Source: Candidatus Poribacteria bacterium (GTDB lineage: Bacteria; Poribacteria; WGA-4E; WGA-3G). From it: 64,000 nucleotides of DNA. Shown one piece after another: positions 10,430-20,563 of this stretch. The position numbers and the translations under genes are program-made. The notes under the pieces were generated by a model. It was not told where the DNA came from. It saw nothing but the letters and a program-made list of their open reading frames with translations, and did not search any database. The stretch covers positions 2,294,165-2,358,164 of the forward strand of contig OZ244563.1 in the NCBI GenBank assembly GCA_965217715.1, in the 5' to 3' direction. Numbering within the stretch: position 1 is the stretch's first letter; each line of letters opens with the position of its first letter.

Positions 10430-10537
10430 CAGTCCAACTTGTATACTTTTTACAGATAAAAAGCGATTATTGGTCGTTTTTAGTGTGATTTTAATACTAT
10501 TTTGTAACCATTCTAAGACGATTTCGTTTTTTGTAGT

Positions 10538-11182
10538 ATGAAAACGAAAATTTTTACTCAAAACGTAGATTTGGCAGCTGCGGCTGCATGTGGTGGACTT
10601 ACCTTAATGCCGATGTTTCCACTCTTTATGGAGGCACAAGGTATCCGCTATAGTGTAGTCGCACTTGTCATTACACTTTGGGGATTTGTATCCCTAAAAC
10701 AGATGGACACAGAACCACAACGTGTTGAGCAAACCCCGCCTGTTTTTCACAAACCACAACATCGGAAAAGCAGTCGAAGACTCATCACTGCAGTGGTTCT
10801 CGCTTTGGTAATCGGGGTGACGCTGTTTGGTACAATCAAAATTATTGATGCAACACAGACAGATATAACCCCTTGCCTTGAATGGACACGGAAAGACTGT
10901 GTAAAGGAGGCGCAGCAACCGCCTTGTCCACAGCGACAACAACATTGTCGGGAATTTGGAATTCCCTCCTACAGATGTGTTGTAGGAGCGATCTCCGAAT
11001 CGCGAAAGAAATTGTCTTGCCCGCTGAACGCAGCGGCGCAAACCGGACAACCGTTCAAGTTGGAATGTTTTCCACGTGGGGAAAGACCGATTTGTCCGAA
11101 CTTAGACCCTATCCCGCGCTGCCCGCTGGACACTGCAGCGCGAACTGAACAACCTTTCAATAAGGAGAATAGCAATGAATAG
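10538..11182 (+). CDS. Hypothetical membrane protein with a Cys-rich tail containing in-frame REPs
   Basis: Two or three hydrophobic segments; the 3' half reads through REPs (10947-11005) and a 41-bp imperfect repeat. Confidence 0.55.
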   Translation: MKTKIFTQNVDLAAAAACGGLTLMPMFPLFMEAQGIRYSVVALVITLWGFVSLKQMDTEPQRVEQTPPVFHKPQHRKSSRRLITAVVLALVIGVTLFGTIKIIDATQTDITPCLEWTRKDCVKEAQQPPCPQRQQHCREFGIPSYRCVVGAISESRKKLSCPLNAAAQTGQPFKLECFPRGERPICPNLDPIPRCPLDTAARTEQPFNKENSNE

Positions 11183-12137
11183 GAAGATGTTAGGAGGAAT
11201 TGTTATCCTCGTAGTCTTAATCGGTATTGCGGGTTTTTTCTTGCTGATAGGGCAGAACACTGATACCGAACCGAAAAAGGTGTATAACCCACTATCAAAA
11301 GAAGCTATGCAGAAGGTTAGGGATGGTTTGGCAGCACGAAAAGCACAGGAAGCAGCCAAACCACCGCCACCGGGTGCATCGCCTAACGGACATTGGCATG
11401 ATGGCGTATGGCACGATGGGACGCATACTACCGCACCCAATAAAGCTGGCCAGTTATCCACAAATCCGTTTCTTATGAATGAGATACCTGAACACTTAAA
11501 AATGCCGCCTGAATGGTATAATTTTCATTATATGGAAGCTTATGACGATGAAGAATCGAAGGAAAAATTTGAAAAAAGGTTGAAAACCATAATAGAAGAA
11601 GTCATTGAAAATTATAATCCTAAACGCCCCATTGAAGATGTTTGGCCTACTTTCATTGAAGCGGAAAAACGTTACAACGCAGAGTCACCATATAGTCACC
11701 TAAACCCAGGCGTACCCGGGCTGGGAGGGTATCGAGGCGATTGGTTATACAAACAAGTATGGGATTTTCCTGAAGTTTTTGAGATTATCCTTTATGAAGA
11801 ACCTGAAATTGACGGTTCGGCAGGGATGTGGCTTGATGTCTACCAGATTGAGACAGGGCTACTTGGCCCCGATTGGAATCGCTTTAATCTTCCTGATGGG
11901 AGAGTGTTTCGGGCAAAACATGGTTACAAATACCAATTCAACCTGAGATACGATAAGGAACGTGGGGTTCATAGAAGCTCCGTCAGTTTTTGCCGATCTG
12001 ATGGAAGCACTGCAAAACTCGTTGTTATTGATTTAGATACAATATCGGACGAAGAATTAGAACTGCTCTCTGGGAGAGATTACAATATAAACCCTTATAC
12101 GGGAAAACCTATTGCTTATCCGGGACGAAAACACTAA
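11175..12137 (+). CDS. Hypothetical N-terminally anchored protein with a PPPPG..NGHWHDGVWHD motif
   Basis: AAGGAG RBS, single N-terminal TM segment, His/Trp-rich motif. Confidence 0.8.
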   Translation: MNRKMLGGIVILVVLIGIAGFFLLIGQNTDTEPKKVYNPLSKEAMQKVRDGLAARKAQEAAKPPPPGASPNGHWHDGVWHDGTHTTAPNKAGQLSTNPFLMNEIPEHLKMPPEWYNFHYMEAYDDEESKEKFEKRLKTIIEEVIENYNPKRPIEDVWPTFIEAEKRYNAESPYSHLNPGVPGLGGYRGDWLYKQVWDFPEVFEIILYEEPEIDGSAGMWLDVYQIETGLLGPDWNRFNLPDGRVFRAKHGYKYQFNLRYDKERGVHRSSVSFCRSDGSTAKLVVIDLDTISDEELELLSGRDYNINPYTGKPIAYPGRKH

Positions 12138-12181
12138 AAATCTTGGATTAGGCACAAATCATTTTTATAAGGAGAATTTTA

Positions 12182-13438
12182 ATGAGAATTTTTATTTACC
12201 TTAACCTACTGACACTTGCTTTCTTCACAATAGGTATAGATTATACACAAGCCGAAGTTTTAAAAGCCAAATCCGCTGAAAGTCATTTTGACTATGTGGA
12301 TCCAAAGACCGGTATAAAAACGAAGGTTGGCACAGCAAAAGCTGCTGTATACATTAGTAGTTATTTTATTGGGGAGTTACAATCAACCGCAGCAAGTCGA
12401 GTTTTTATGTCAACAGCCGATGCTGGATTTAATAATCTCAGTTTTCAAGGTAGAGGAACTGTTGTCGGTAGTGCTGACAGGAATAGAGAACCTCCAGCTG
12501 CCGCTAAATACTACTAACCCCCGCAGGACAAAGTGTTTTTGTCAACAACCGGTATATCATATGGTGGAGCTACAGAACATGCGGTTGTTTGTTCGACTGA
12601 ACTTTTTAAACCGAAAAAGATTAGAAACCTGGAAATCGCTGCTCGTGGAGACGCATCTCTTGATATAGATACTTGGGATAGTCCAAGCGATCGTGCAAGT
12701 GATTTGGATCCGAGTGCTCGCGCCAATGCACAAGAATTGAATCCGGGTCAACATTTTGACCCAGCGGGTGAAACATCTGTTGATACTGACAACTACCAAT
12801 GGGTATTCAGTAGCATTGCTAACCTTGATATTGGCAGCACTACTAATTATGTTGTGATCGAATCTACTACAACAGACAACACCCCTAACTGCGATAGTTG
12901 CACAGATGGGTGTTCTTCGTGTCCGATCACTTATGCCTGTGGCAATCATAGTGGCCCGTCAAGTGATTCAAGCGGCCATGAATGGGGCACAGCACCGTGT
13001 GGCGATGATACACACGTGGGCTATCTGTGTTAAATCAGTGCTTCTGATCACGAATGGGTATATGAGAGTTGTCCATCATCGCATGCACGTTATGAATGTG
13101 ACGGCACAGACCATTCGTTACAAGCAAGTTGTTCTGAAACCAATTCGAACGGGGATAGTTGTACTGTGACAAGTTTCTATGCGTGTCAAAGCCATACACA
13201 CGTGTATCCTGCTGTTGATATAACTTGTCCAGGTTGTAATCGCACCTATCGTTCCAACGCTTCAAGTCGCACGCTCTTTAGGCACCAAGTGCGAACCTAT
13301 TCCAATAGCGGATGGATAACGATAGATGGCGAGAGGCGCCGCGTGCGTTGTGGAAAATCGTTCAGACGCTGCACAAACGGCAACTCTCAGTGTGCAACAG
13401 GACGGTCGTATTGTAACGACGCAAACGGTGCCTGGTAA
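12182..13438 (+). pseudogene. Secreted protein with a Cys/His-rich C-terminal region, interrupted by two in-frame TAA codons
   Basis: ORFs at 12182, 12533 and 13166 share one frame; TAA at 12515-12517 and 13031-13033; signal peptide; AAGGAG RBS. Confidence 0.8.
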
Positions 13439-13468
13439 CTGGTATTACATAACCCTCAATAACCTTAC

Positions 13469-13508
13469 AGGCAGATATCCGTATTGGGTATCTGCCTTTC
13501 TTTTTTTT
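13469..13508 (+). terminator. Rho-independent terminator
   Basis: aggcagata..tatctgcct stem followed by a T tract. Confidence 0.85.
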
Positions 13509-13801
13509 ACACCTTCCACTGCCCAACATACAATCATTGCTTCTAACACCCTTTGATACGAGAACCGTTCAATAGATTTTCCGATACTGTATTCAGAAAG
13601 CTAATTACAGACTGATTTGCCATCACCGATTGCATAATCACTAAACTTTTTTCCTTGAATTGCGTCAAAATTGCCAATATACTTTATCAAGAGATTTTAC
13701 TCAGAATTTGTACTGAACTTTTCAAATTCATTATTGTCAAAGATAAAAAGGCTTGTTAAAATTACAGTCTTCCGCAGTATAACTTTTAAATTTTTAAGGA
13801 G

Positions 13802-15142
13802 ATGCTAATGCTTCGATGGGGAATTGGGTTTACGTTTATCCTGATTAGTCTTCAGTTTATGATAATTCTTTGTGTGAGCGCACAAGAACAAACAGAAATT
13901 GACCTGTCTCAACCGCTAACGCTTGAACAGTGTATTCAAATGGGTTTAGAACAGGCAACGAGTATGCGAAATGCCAGGTTGAGTCTTGCCATTCAGGAAC
14001 TACGTGTGAAAAATGCGCGTGCGGATTATTTTCCTTTAATTACTTCCTCTGGTCAATACGATTTTTCTGATCGCTTAGATTTCGGTTTTGAACGTGAAAA
14101 CTACAATTTAGGATTGACTGGACGTTATACGCTTTGGGATAATGGACAACGTGAAGTAAATTACGCACAAGTAAAAGAGGGATTGAAAGTTACAACCAAC
14201 CGTAATGAAGGAATTAAACAAAATGTAATTCTACAGATTACACAAGCGTATTACGATGTCCTCAAAGACACAGAACTCGTTAAGGTAAGCGAAGATGTGT
14301 TGGCACGATCCAGAGATAATACAAAACAAATTGTAGCTTTGGAAGAAGCAGGTGTACTTATCCCCGCTGATGTCGCAACTGCCAGAGTCCGTGAAGCAAA
14401 TGACGAATTGGGGTTATTAAATAATCAGAATTCGCTTCAAATTTCACAAGCAACTTTGCCACGACTTATGGGGTTAGACCCTGGGCTGCTAATTACCGTA
14501 GCAGTTGATGAATCCTTTCAGTTATATCTGGAGCGCGGCACTATTGAAAAAATAGATATTACTGTTGAAGAAGCAATACAAATGGCACTTGAAAATCGCC
14601 CAGAATTTAAGGAAACCGAAGCGCAAATAAAACAACAAGAATCGAGTTTGACGCTTTCAAAATTGCGACGTTGGCCTCAGTTGAGCGCAAACGTAAATTA
14701 TAACGTAAACCTTGATGATTACCTCCATGAACGTCAAAATTTCTCAGACTTTCGGAGTTGGAACGTTGGCGCATCACTTAACTTTACGCTTTTTGATGGT
14801 GGTGTTTTGGGAAATCGCGTCAAAGAACTTAATATGCAGTTAGAACAGGCGAGAGAAAATGCAAGTGATTTGGAACGCTCCGTTGCACTTGGGGTGCGAC
14901 AAAGTTATCTGAACCTTAAACGCAGCGAAGCCGCCGTAGAAATCTCTAATACACAGGTAGTTAACGCACAACTGAGCTTAGATGTCGTTACGGGACGCTT
15001 AAAAGTAGGAAAAGCAATCCCACTTGAAGTACTTGATGCACAAACAAGTTACGCGCAAGTATTGACAAATCGGGTGAACACGTTTTACGATTACAAAATT
15101 GCAATAACACGATTACAAGATGCAATGGGGGTCCTGCAGTGA
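13802..15142 (+). CDS. TolC family outer membrane efflux protein
   Basis: Signal peptide, LTLEQCIQMGLE, two OEP repeats, AYYDVL, LEVLDAQ. Confidence 0.9.
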   Translation: MLMLRWGIGFTFILISLQFMIILCVSAQEQTEIDLSQPLTLEQCIQMGLEQATSMRNARLSLAIQELRVKNARADYFPLITSSGQYDFSDRLDFGFERENYNLGLTGRYTLWDNGQREVNYAQVKEGLKVTTNRNEGIKQNVILQITQAYYDVLKDTELVKVSEDVLARSRDNTKQIVALEEAGVLIPADVATARVREANDELGLLNNQNSLQISQATLPRLMGLDPGLLITVAVDESFQLYLERGTIEKIDITVEEAIQMALENRPEFKETEAQIKQQESSLTLSKLRRWPQLSANVNYNVNLDDYLHERQNFSDFRSWNVGASLNFTLFDGGVLGNRVKELNMQLEQARENASDLERSVALGVRQSYLNLKRSEAAVEISNTQVVNAQLSLDVVTGRLKVGKAIPLEVLDAQTSYAQVLTNRVNTFYDYKIAITRLQDAMGVLQ

Positions 15143-17106
15143 TTAAGAAGATCGGTAAAAAGTGGATTATTGTCAGCACAGTTGCCATTTTTGTTGTTGC
15201 TGTAGTGGTAATTGGGGCTACCCGAATGAACTTCGGGAAAAAGCAAGAAGACGAAGAGGACAAACGTGAAGTGGTCCGACGCGGAGAATTCCTTGTAAAA
15301 GTTCAAGAATCTGGCAGCCTACGTTCCTTTATTGAGGTAGATGTTCGGTCAAACGTGGAAGGTGAAATAAAGAAAATTCACGTTGAAGAGAGTGCCCTTG
15401 TTCAAGAAGGCGATCCACTTCTCGAAATTGATGCCAAGCAGATTTTAGAGGAAATGAAGCAGGCAGAAGCGTACCAAGATGCACGAAGAGCTGAACTTAA
15501 GCAAGCAGACCTCCGAATAAAGATTGCTGTGCAACGCGAAAAAAGTGACCTGCTGCAGGCACAAAATGCTGTCGCTAAAGATGAAGCTAACCTCCAATCC
15601 TTTGCCGCAAACAAACAACAACGGATTACCGAAGCGAAAACCCTCGTTGCAACAACGCAGAACTTACTGAACCGAGACAAAATCTCACTGAAGCAGGGAG
15701 AAATCTCTTTAACACAAGCAAATTTAACACTTGATCGAGCGAAAGCAAATCTAACATCGGCAAAAATTACCTTTGAGACAACCGAAGCCGAACACAACCG
15801 AAACAAAGAACTATTTGATCAGGAATTAATTTCAAATCAGGCGTTAGAGGAATCTCAAAAGCAACTTGTTTTGAAGACTTCGCAATACGAAACTGCGCAA
15901 AAAGAGGTTGAATCCCAAAAAGAGACCATTAAATCCCAAGACGAAAGCATCAAGGCGATGAAGGAAGCAATTCAGAGCCGAGAATCTACACTTGCCCTAA
16001 ATAAAAAGAACGTTGAAACGGTTAAAGAATCTCAAGACGCACAAGAAAAACAGTTAAAAGCAGATTTAGAAAACGCACACTCCCGACTCAAACAAACTGA
16101 AGAAACAACCGAAGAAGAAAAAGCATTGACAAAGCATGCGAAAGTTAGCGCGCAAGCGAATCTACTTCAAGCAGAGAGCCGCCTCAAATATCAGCAGGAA
16201 CGCTACGAATGGACAACTGTAAAGGCTTCTATGTCCGGCACAATTACACGTCTTTCTGTAGAAGAGGGTGAGATTATCACTTCAGGGCGGTCAGCATTTT
16301 CACGAGGTGAAGCAATCATGCGTATCGCCGACCTTTCCCAGATGATTGTCAGAACCCAAATCAACCAAGTCGAAATCGGTAGGATAAAAGAGGGACAACG
16401 CGTAGAAATACGTGTGGATAGTTTTCGCAAAAAAATCTTTAATGGTAGAGTCAGTGAAATTTCACCCAGTTCTACACCGCGAGGTCCAGGTGGCGGAGGC
16501 GGTGTGATTACCTTTAAGGTTGATATAGAGGTAGATATACCAGATCAAGAATTTCAACTATTGCCCGGAATGTCGGCAGATGTAGATATTATTGTCTTTG
16601 AAAAACCTGATATTCTTCAGATTCCGATAGCAGCCGTGTTAAGTCCGGAGGTGTTTACTGTAAAAGCCACAGTAAATTCAAACGATCTTGGGCAGTTTCA
16701 GCAAGGACAAAAAATAAAAGTCCAGAACTTGATCGGTAAGCAGTTTCCTGGGCAAGTTACAAAGATTTCCCCTTCGGAAACTCGTGGTAATCTTGAAATT
16801 TTGTTTGATGAACCACCAAAAGGCATGCGTCCAGGTCCGACAGAAATCGCTATCGTAATCTCTGAAAACAAACGAATATCCGGTATAGAAGCGGAAATTA
16901 GAAGTGAGCGGCAGCATTTTGTAAAACTGGACACAGGAAAACCACCCAAAAAAGGTGAGGAAAAAGGGGTTAAAACGCATATTAAAGTTGGCAGGCGCAA
17001 CAACACACATTTTGAAATACTTAGCGGCTTAAAAGAAGGCGATCGCGTTTTTGTGCCGTCTATGATGGAATTGACAAAAGGAGAAGGAAGTAGAGATAAT
17101 AAATAA
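15139..17106 (+). CDS. Periplasmic adaptor (MFP/HlyD) with an extra-long coiled coil
   Basis: N-terminal TM, split lipoyl halves, long helical hairpin, LLPGMSADVDI, EILSGLKEGD. Confidence 0.88.
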   Translation: MIKKIGKKWIIVSTVAIFVVAVVVIGATRMNFGKKQEDEEDKREVVRRGEFLVKVQESGSLRSFIEVDVRSNVEGEIKKIHVEESALVQEGDPLLEIDAKQILEEMKQAEAYQDARRAELKQADLRIKIAVQREKSDLLQAQNAVAKDEANLQSFAANKQQRITEAKTLVATTQNLLNRDKISLKQGEISLTQANLTLDRAKANLTSAKITFETTEAEHNRNKELFDQELISNQALEESQKQLVLKTSQYETAQKEVESQKETIKSQDESIKAMKEAIQSRESTLALNKKNVETVKESQDAQEKQLKADLENAHSRLKQTEETTEEEKALTKHAKVSAQANLLQAESRLKYQQERYEWTTVKASMSGTITRLSVEEGEIITSGRSAFSRGEAIMRIADLSQMIVRTQINQVEIGRIKEGQRVEIRVDSFRKKIFNGRVSEISPSSTPRGPGGGGGVITFKVDIEVDIPDQEFQLLPGMSADVDIIVFEKPDILQIPIAAVLSPEVFTVKATVNSNDLGQFQQGQKIKVQNLIGKQFPGQVTKISPSETRGNLEILFDEPPKGMRPGPTEIAIVISENKRISGIEAEIRSERQHFVKLDTGKPPKKGEEKGVKTHIKVGRRNNTHFEILSGLKEGDRVFVPSMMELTKGEGSRDNK

Positions 17107-17193
17107 ATTTGGTCAGAGGCATCTTCATAAATCACACGACAGTGACGAATTGAAAATATCGGATCTATGATCAATACGTGAGGAACAACAAAT

Positions 17194-17874
17194 ATGTTAA
17201 TAGACGTCAAAGACATAACAAAAATCTATGAGATGGGTGATGTGCAAGTTCATGCGCTGCGAGGGGTTACCTTCACTGTAGATTCTGGTGAATTTATCGC
17301 AATCATGGGACCCTCCGGTTCTGGTAAATCAACCATGATGGATATCTTAGGATGCCTTGCCACCCCAACAGATGGTGAGTATTACTTTGAGGGTGAAGAG
17401 GTAGGTAAGCTTTCGGATAACCAATTAGCAGACATCCGAAATAAAAAGATCGGATTCGTGTTTCAGTCATTCAACCTCCTGCCAAGAACAAGTGCACTCC
17501 ACAACGTTGAGCTTCCGCTTATCTATTCTGGCTTAGGACGAAAAGAACGCAAGCGAAGAGCGTTTGAATCTTTGGAAGCAGTTGGATTAGCTGATCGGGT
17601 TGACCACAAATCAACTGAACTGTCCGGTGGACAGGTGCAACGTGTTGCGATTGCGCGTGCACTTGTGAATAAACCGTCACTCGTTTTCGCAGATGAACCA
17701 ACTGGAAACTTGGACACACGCTCTGGTGCCGAGATTTTGGCTATCTTTAACCGCCTAAATGAGGAAGGTAATACCATCATCATGGTTACGCATGAACCGG
17801 AGGTTGCCGAACATGCAAGACGCGTCCTCCACATTCGGGACGGCCTCATTGAGCAAGATGAAAGGCGAGATTAA
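17194..17874 (+). CDS. MacB/LolD-type ABC transporter ATP-binding protein
   Basis: GPSGSGKST, LSGGQ, ADEPTGNLD, VTHE. Confidence 0.95.
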   Translation: MLIDVKDITKIYEMGDVQVHALRGVTFTVDSGEFIAIMGPSGSGKSTMMDILGCLATPTDGEYYFEGEEVGKLSDNQLADIRNKKIGFVFQSFNLLPRTSALHNVELPLIYSGLGRKERKRRAFESLEAVGLADRVDHKSTELSGGQVQRVAIARALVNKPSLVFADEPTGNLDTRSGAEILAIFNRLNEEGNTIIMVTHEPEVAEHARRVLHIRDGLIEQDERRD

Positions 17875-18853
17875 CTCAAAAATCAACCAAGCCAAAATTA
17901 CCACTCCTTCTCGCCTCCATTTTTCTCTGATTGACCTGAATGGAAAACTTGGTCGAATTGATGGTGGGTTTGGGTTAGCCATTACGGAACCGAAATTTGA
18001 AATCATCGCCGAACCGTCCACAAAAATTCACGTTGAGTCTGTTGCCTACCAGGAACGCGCTTGTACTATTCTGACACATCTCCAAAAAATCTATCAATTC
18101 CCCGGAATCAAACTAAAATTTATCTCCGAGATCCCAACGCATAGTGGCTTCGGTTCAGGCACGCAGCTTTCTCTGGGAATCGCCTCTGCTGTAAATCTGC
18201 TCTACGATCTGGAATTAAGTGTTTTAGAACTCGCAAATGCTGTCGGACGTGGTGGAACTTCTGGAATCGGCATAGCAGGGTTTGAAACTGGCGGTTTCAT
18301 CATTGATGGAGGGCACCGTTACCCCGAACAGAAATCCTCTTTTCTACCATCCTCTGCCGTAGACGATATTTCACCTCCCCCAATTTTACTACGACATACA
18401 TTTCCAAATTGGCCTCTTCTCATTGTAATGCCGAGTTGTTCACGTATCTATGGAGAAGAAGAATTGAATCTCTTCCGAACACTATGTCCGCAACCCCCAT
18501 CTGTTGCACCAAAGTTGTCACATCTTTTACTGCTGCAAGTATTACCCGCGATCCTTGAAAATGATATGCGTAGTTTTGGTAGGGCTTTAAACGAGATTCA
18601 GACATTCGGTTGGAAAAGAGTGGAGATTGATGCCCAGGGCGCTGAATTGCAGCAAACACTTGAATTTTTACAAACTAACGGTGCATTAGGGGCTGGCGTG
18701 AGTAGCTGGGGACCAGCAATTTGTGCTGTTAGTGACGATATAGATACCTTAAAACATAGGACAACAGAATTCTTGGCGACCTTGCCAAATGGTGGCACAT
18801 GCTTTATTACATCCGCCAACAACACGGGCGCACAAATTAAAAAAGTTGGCTAA
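17858..18853 (+). CDS. Beta-ribofuranosylaminobenzene 5'-phosphate (RFAP) synthase, GHMP kinase fold
   Basis: PSRLHF.LIDLNG..GRIDGG.G, HSGFGSGTQ, GRGGTSGIG, GGFIIDGGH, SSWGP; ATG 17858 overlaps the ABC gene stop. Confidence 0.88.
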   Translation: MKGEINSKINQAKITTPSRLHFSLIDLNGKLGRIDGGFGLAITEPKFEIIAEPSTKIHVESVAYQERACTILTHLQKIYQFPGIKLKFISEIPTHSGFGSGTQLSLGIASAVNLLYDLELSVLELANAVGRGGTSGIGIAGFETGGFIIDGGHRYPEQKSSFLPSSAVDDISPPPILLRHTFPNWPLLIVMPSCSRIYGEEELNLFRTLCPQPPSVAPKLSHLLLLQVLPAILENDMRSFGRALNEIQTFGWKRVEIDAQGAELQQTLEFLQTNGALGAGVSSWGPAICAVSDDIDTLKHRTTEFLATLPNGGTCFITSANNTGAQIKKVG

Positions 18854-18957
18854 AGCATGATTGCTCTAACCAACCGTCACTATAACAAACGAATTAATGT
18901 TGAATCCGATTTGAAATCTTTCTGTGCAAACTTACTTCTAAATCAGAGGTATTTCTT

Positions 18958-19572
18958 CTACCCTTTCCCAGAGGAATAGTAAGGATTAGTACCCGACGCA
19001 TGGTCAGTTGTATCAATGACCTGCTTAATTTCTGGGAATACTTCCTGGATCATTGCTTCAATGCCATGTTTGAGCGTAACATTCGCCATGCCACATCCTT
19101 GGCATCCACCACCCATGTGGATATAGATGGCATCGTCTTCAACATTCAGAAGTTCAATTTGTCCACCGTGTGCTGCAACAGCGGGATTAATTCGTTCATC
19201 AATCAGTTCTTGAATTTTCTGTGCCTTTGGATTGTCCCATGTTGGCTTATTCGGATTTTCTATCTTAAACCCACTTGAATTAAGGTCTTCAACGTAGTCA
19301 ATGACCGCACCTTTAAGATCTGGTGCACTTTTGGCATCAACCAAGACCTTAAAGGCTTCCATTTCAATTACGATGTCATCTTCCTCAGATTCGGTAGCTA
19401 AGCCAAGACTATATTGGAAATCGGAGGCACTACGCCCTTCAATACTAATGCGTAAACCTTCCACTTCCACGTCTTCGGCATCAATAACATCTTGAATCTT
19501 TTCTTGCGCAGTTTTTGTAACTTCCAATATAGATTCTTCAGTTCCCGCGAACTTTTTAAACAAATTTTTCAT
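18958..19572 (-). CDS. nfuA: Fe-S biogenesis carrier NfuA
   Basis: Degenerate Cys-less A-type domain plus a NifU-C domain (INPAVAAHGG, GGGCQGC). Confidence 0.88.
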   Translation of the reverse strand: MKNLFKKFAGTEESILEVTKTAQEKIQDVIDAEDVEVEGLRISIEGRSASDFQYSLGLATESEEDDIVIEMEAFKVLVDAKSAPDLKGAVIDYVEDLNSSGFKIENPNKPTWDNPKAQKIQELIDERINPAVAAHGGQIELLNVEDDAIYIHMGGGCQGCGMANVTLKHGIEAMIQEVFPEIKQVIDTTDHASGTNPYYSSGKG

Positions 19573-19594
19573 AAGTATCCCACGTAAATCTAAC

Positions 19595-20563
19595 TTAAGC
19601 AGCTGTCTGACCAGCCTTATAGTCAGTACGGAATTCACCCATTTCGTTATAAAGGTTGCCTAATTGAGAAATTGCATAAATTTCCAACTGTCGGATACGT
19701 TCTCGGGTTACGTCAAGAGCATCTCCGATTTCACGAAGTGTCTTCCGTTCTCCATCTTCAAGTCCAAAACGCATTTTTAAAACCTGTTGCTCCCGTTCCG
19801 GAAGTTTACTGAGAATTCTTTCCACCAGGTCATGTGTAATCAATTGGGCAATTGGTCCATCTTCGGATGCTGTTGAAGGGTCTTCAATTAAATCCCCTAA
19901 CGTTGCCGCCGAACGCGCTGAACGTTCTTCACCAAGTGGTAAATCCATTGACACGGTATCCGCGTTAAAGGTAAGAATTTCTTCCACTTGTTGGACAGTT
20001 AGGTCAAGCGCTTCAGCAATTTCAGCACGGGTCGGTTCACGCTGCAGTTCTTGGCAAAGTGCCGCATAGGTCGCATCAAACTTATTCATCTTTGCAACAA
20101 TATAGGCTGGTAAGCGAATAGAACGCGCAAAGTTATCAAGTGTCCGCATAATTGATTGCTTAATCCACCAGATAGCATAAGTGCTAAATTTAAATCCTTT
20201 CCGATAATCAAACTTACCTGCTGCTTTGATTAAACCGATATTTCCTTCCTGAATTAGATCTTCAAGCGGAACTTTGTTCCCTTGATACTTGACTGCAATA
20301 GAAATGACGAGGCGTAAATTAGCTTGAACAAGCTCGTCGCGCGCCGAAGTATCACCAGCTTCAATCCGTTTTGCTAATTCAACTTCTTCCTCGCGAGATA
20401 ATAAACGATGTCCCGCAACACTACGTAACCAACTCGTTAAAGCACTCCTATCACTACCTTTGTAGTCGTTAGCATACTCCGTTTCTTCCGACGGATATAC
20501 CTCATCTATATATGTGTCAACACCTTTGATGTCTTCTGTTTCACCGAAAAACTCGGTTTCCAT
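19595..20563 (-). CDS. RNA polymerase sigma-70 family factor (RpoD/RpoS-like, no region 1.1)
   Basis: ANLRLVISIA, DLIQEGNIGL, FSTYAIWWI, TRERIRQLE. Confidence 0.93.
   Translation of the reverse strand: METEFFGETEDIKGVDTYIDEVYPSEETEYANDYKGSDRSALTSWLRSVAGHRLLSREEEVELAKRIEAGDTSARDELVQANLRLVISIAVKYQGNKVPLEDLIQEGNIGLIKAAGKFDYRKGFKFSTYAIWWIKQSIMRTLDNFARSIRLPAYIVAKMNKFDATYAALCQELQREPTRAEIAEALDLTVQQVEEILTFNADTVSMDLPLGEERSARSAATLGDLIEDPSTASEDGPIAQLITHDLVERILSKLPEREQQVLKMRFGLEDGERKTLREIGDALDVTRERIRQLEIYAISQLGNLYNEMGEFRTDYKAGQTAA

Noticed and set aside
12182-13438. Alternative genetic code, selenocysteine or pyrrolysine readthrough
   Set aside because: The interrupting codons are TAA, not TGA or TAG, and TAA ends many conserved genes in this window.
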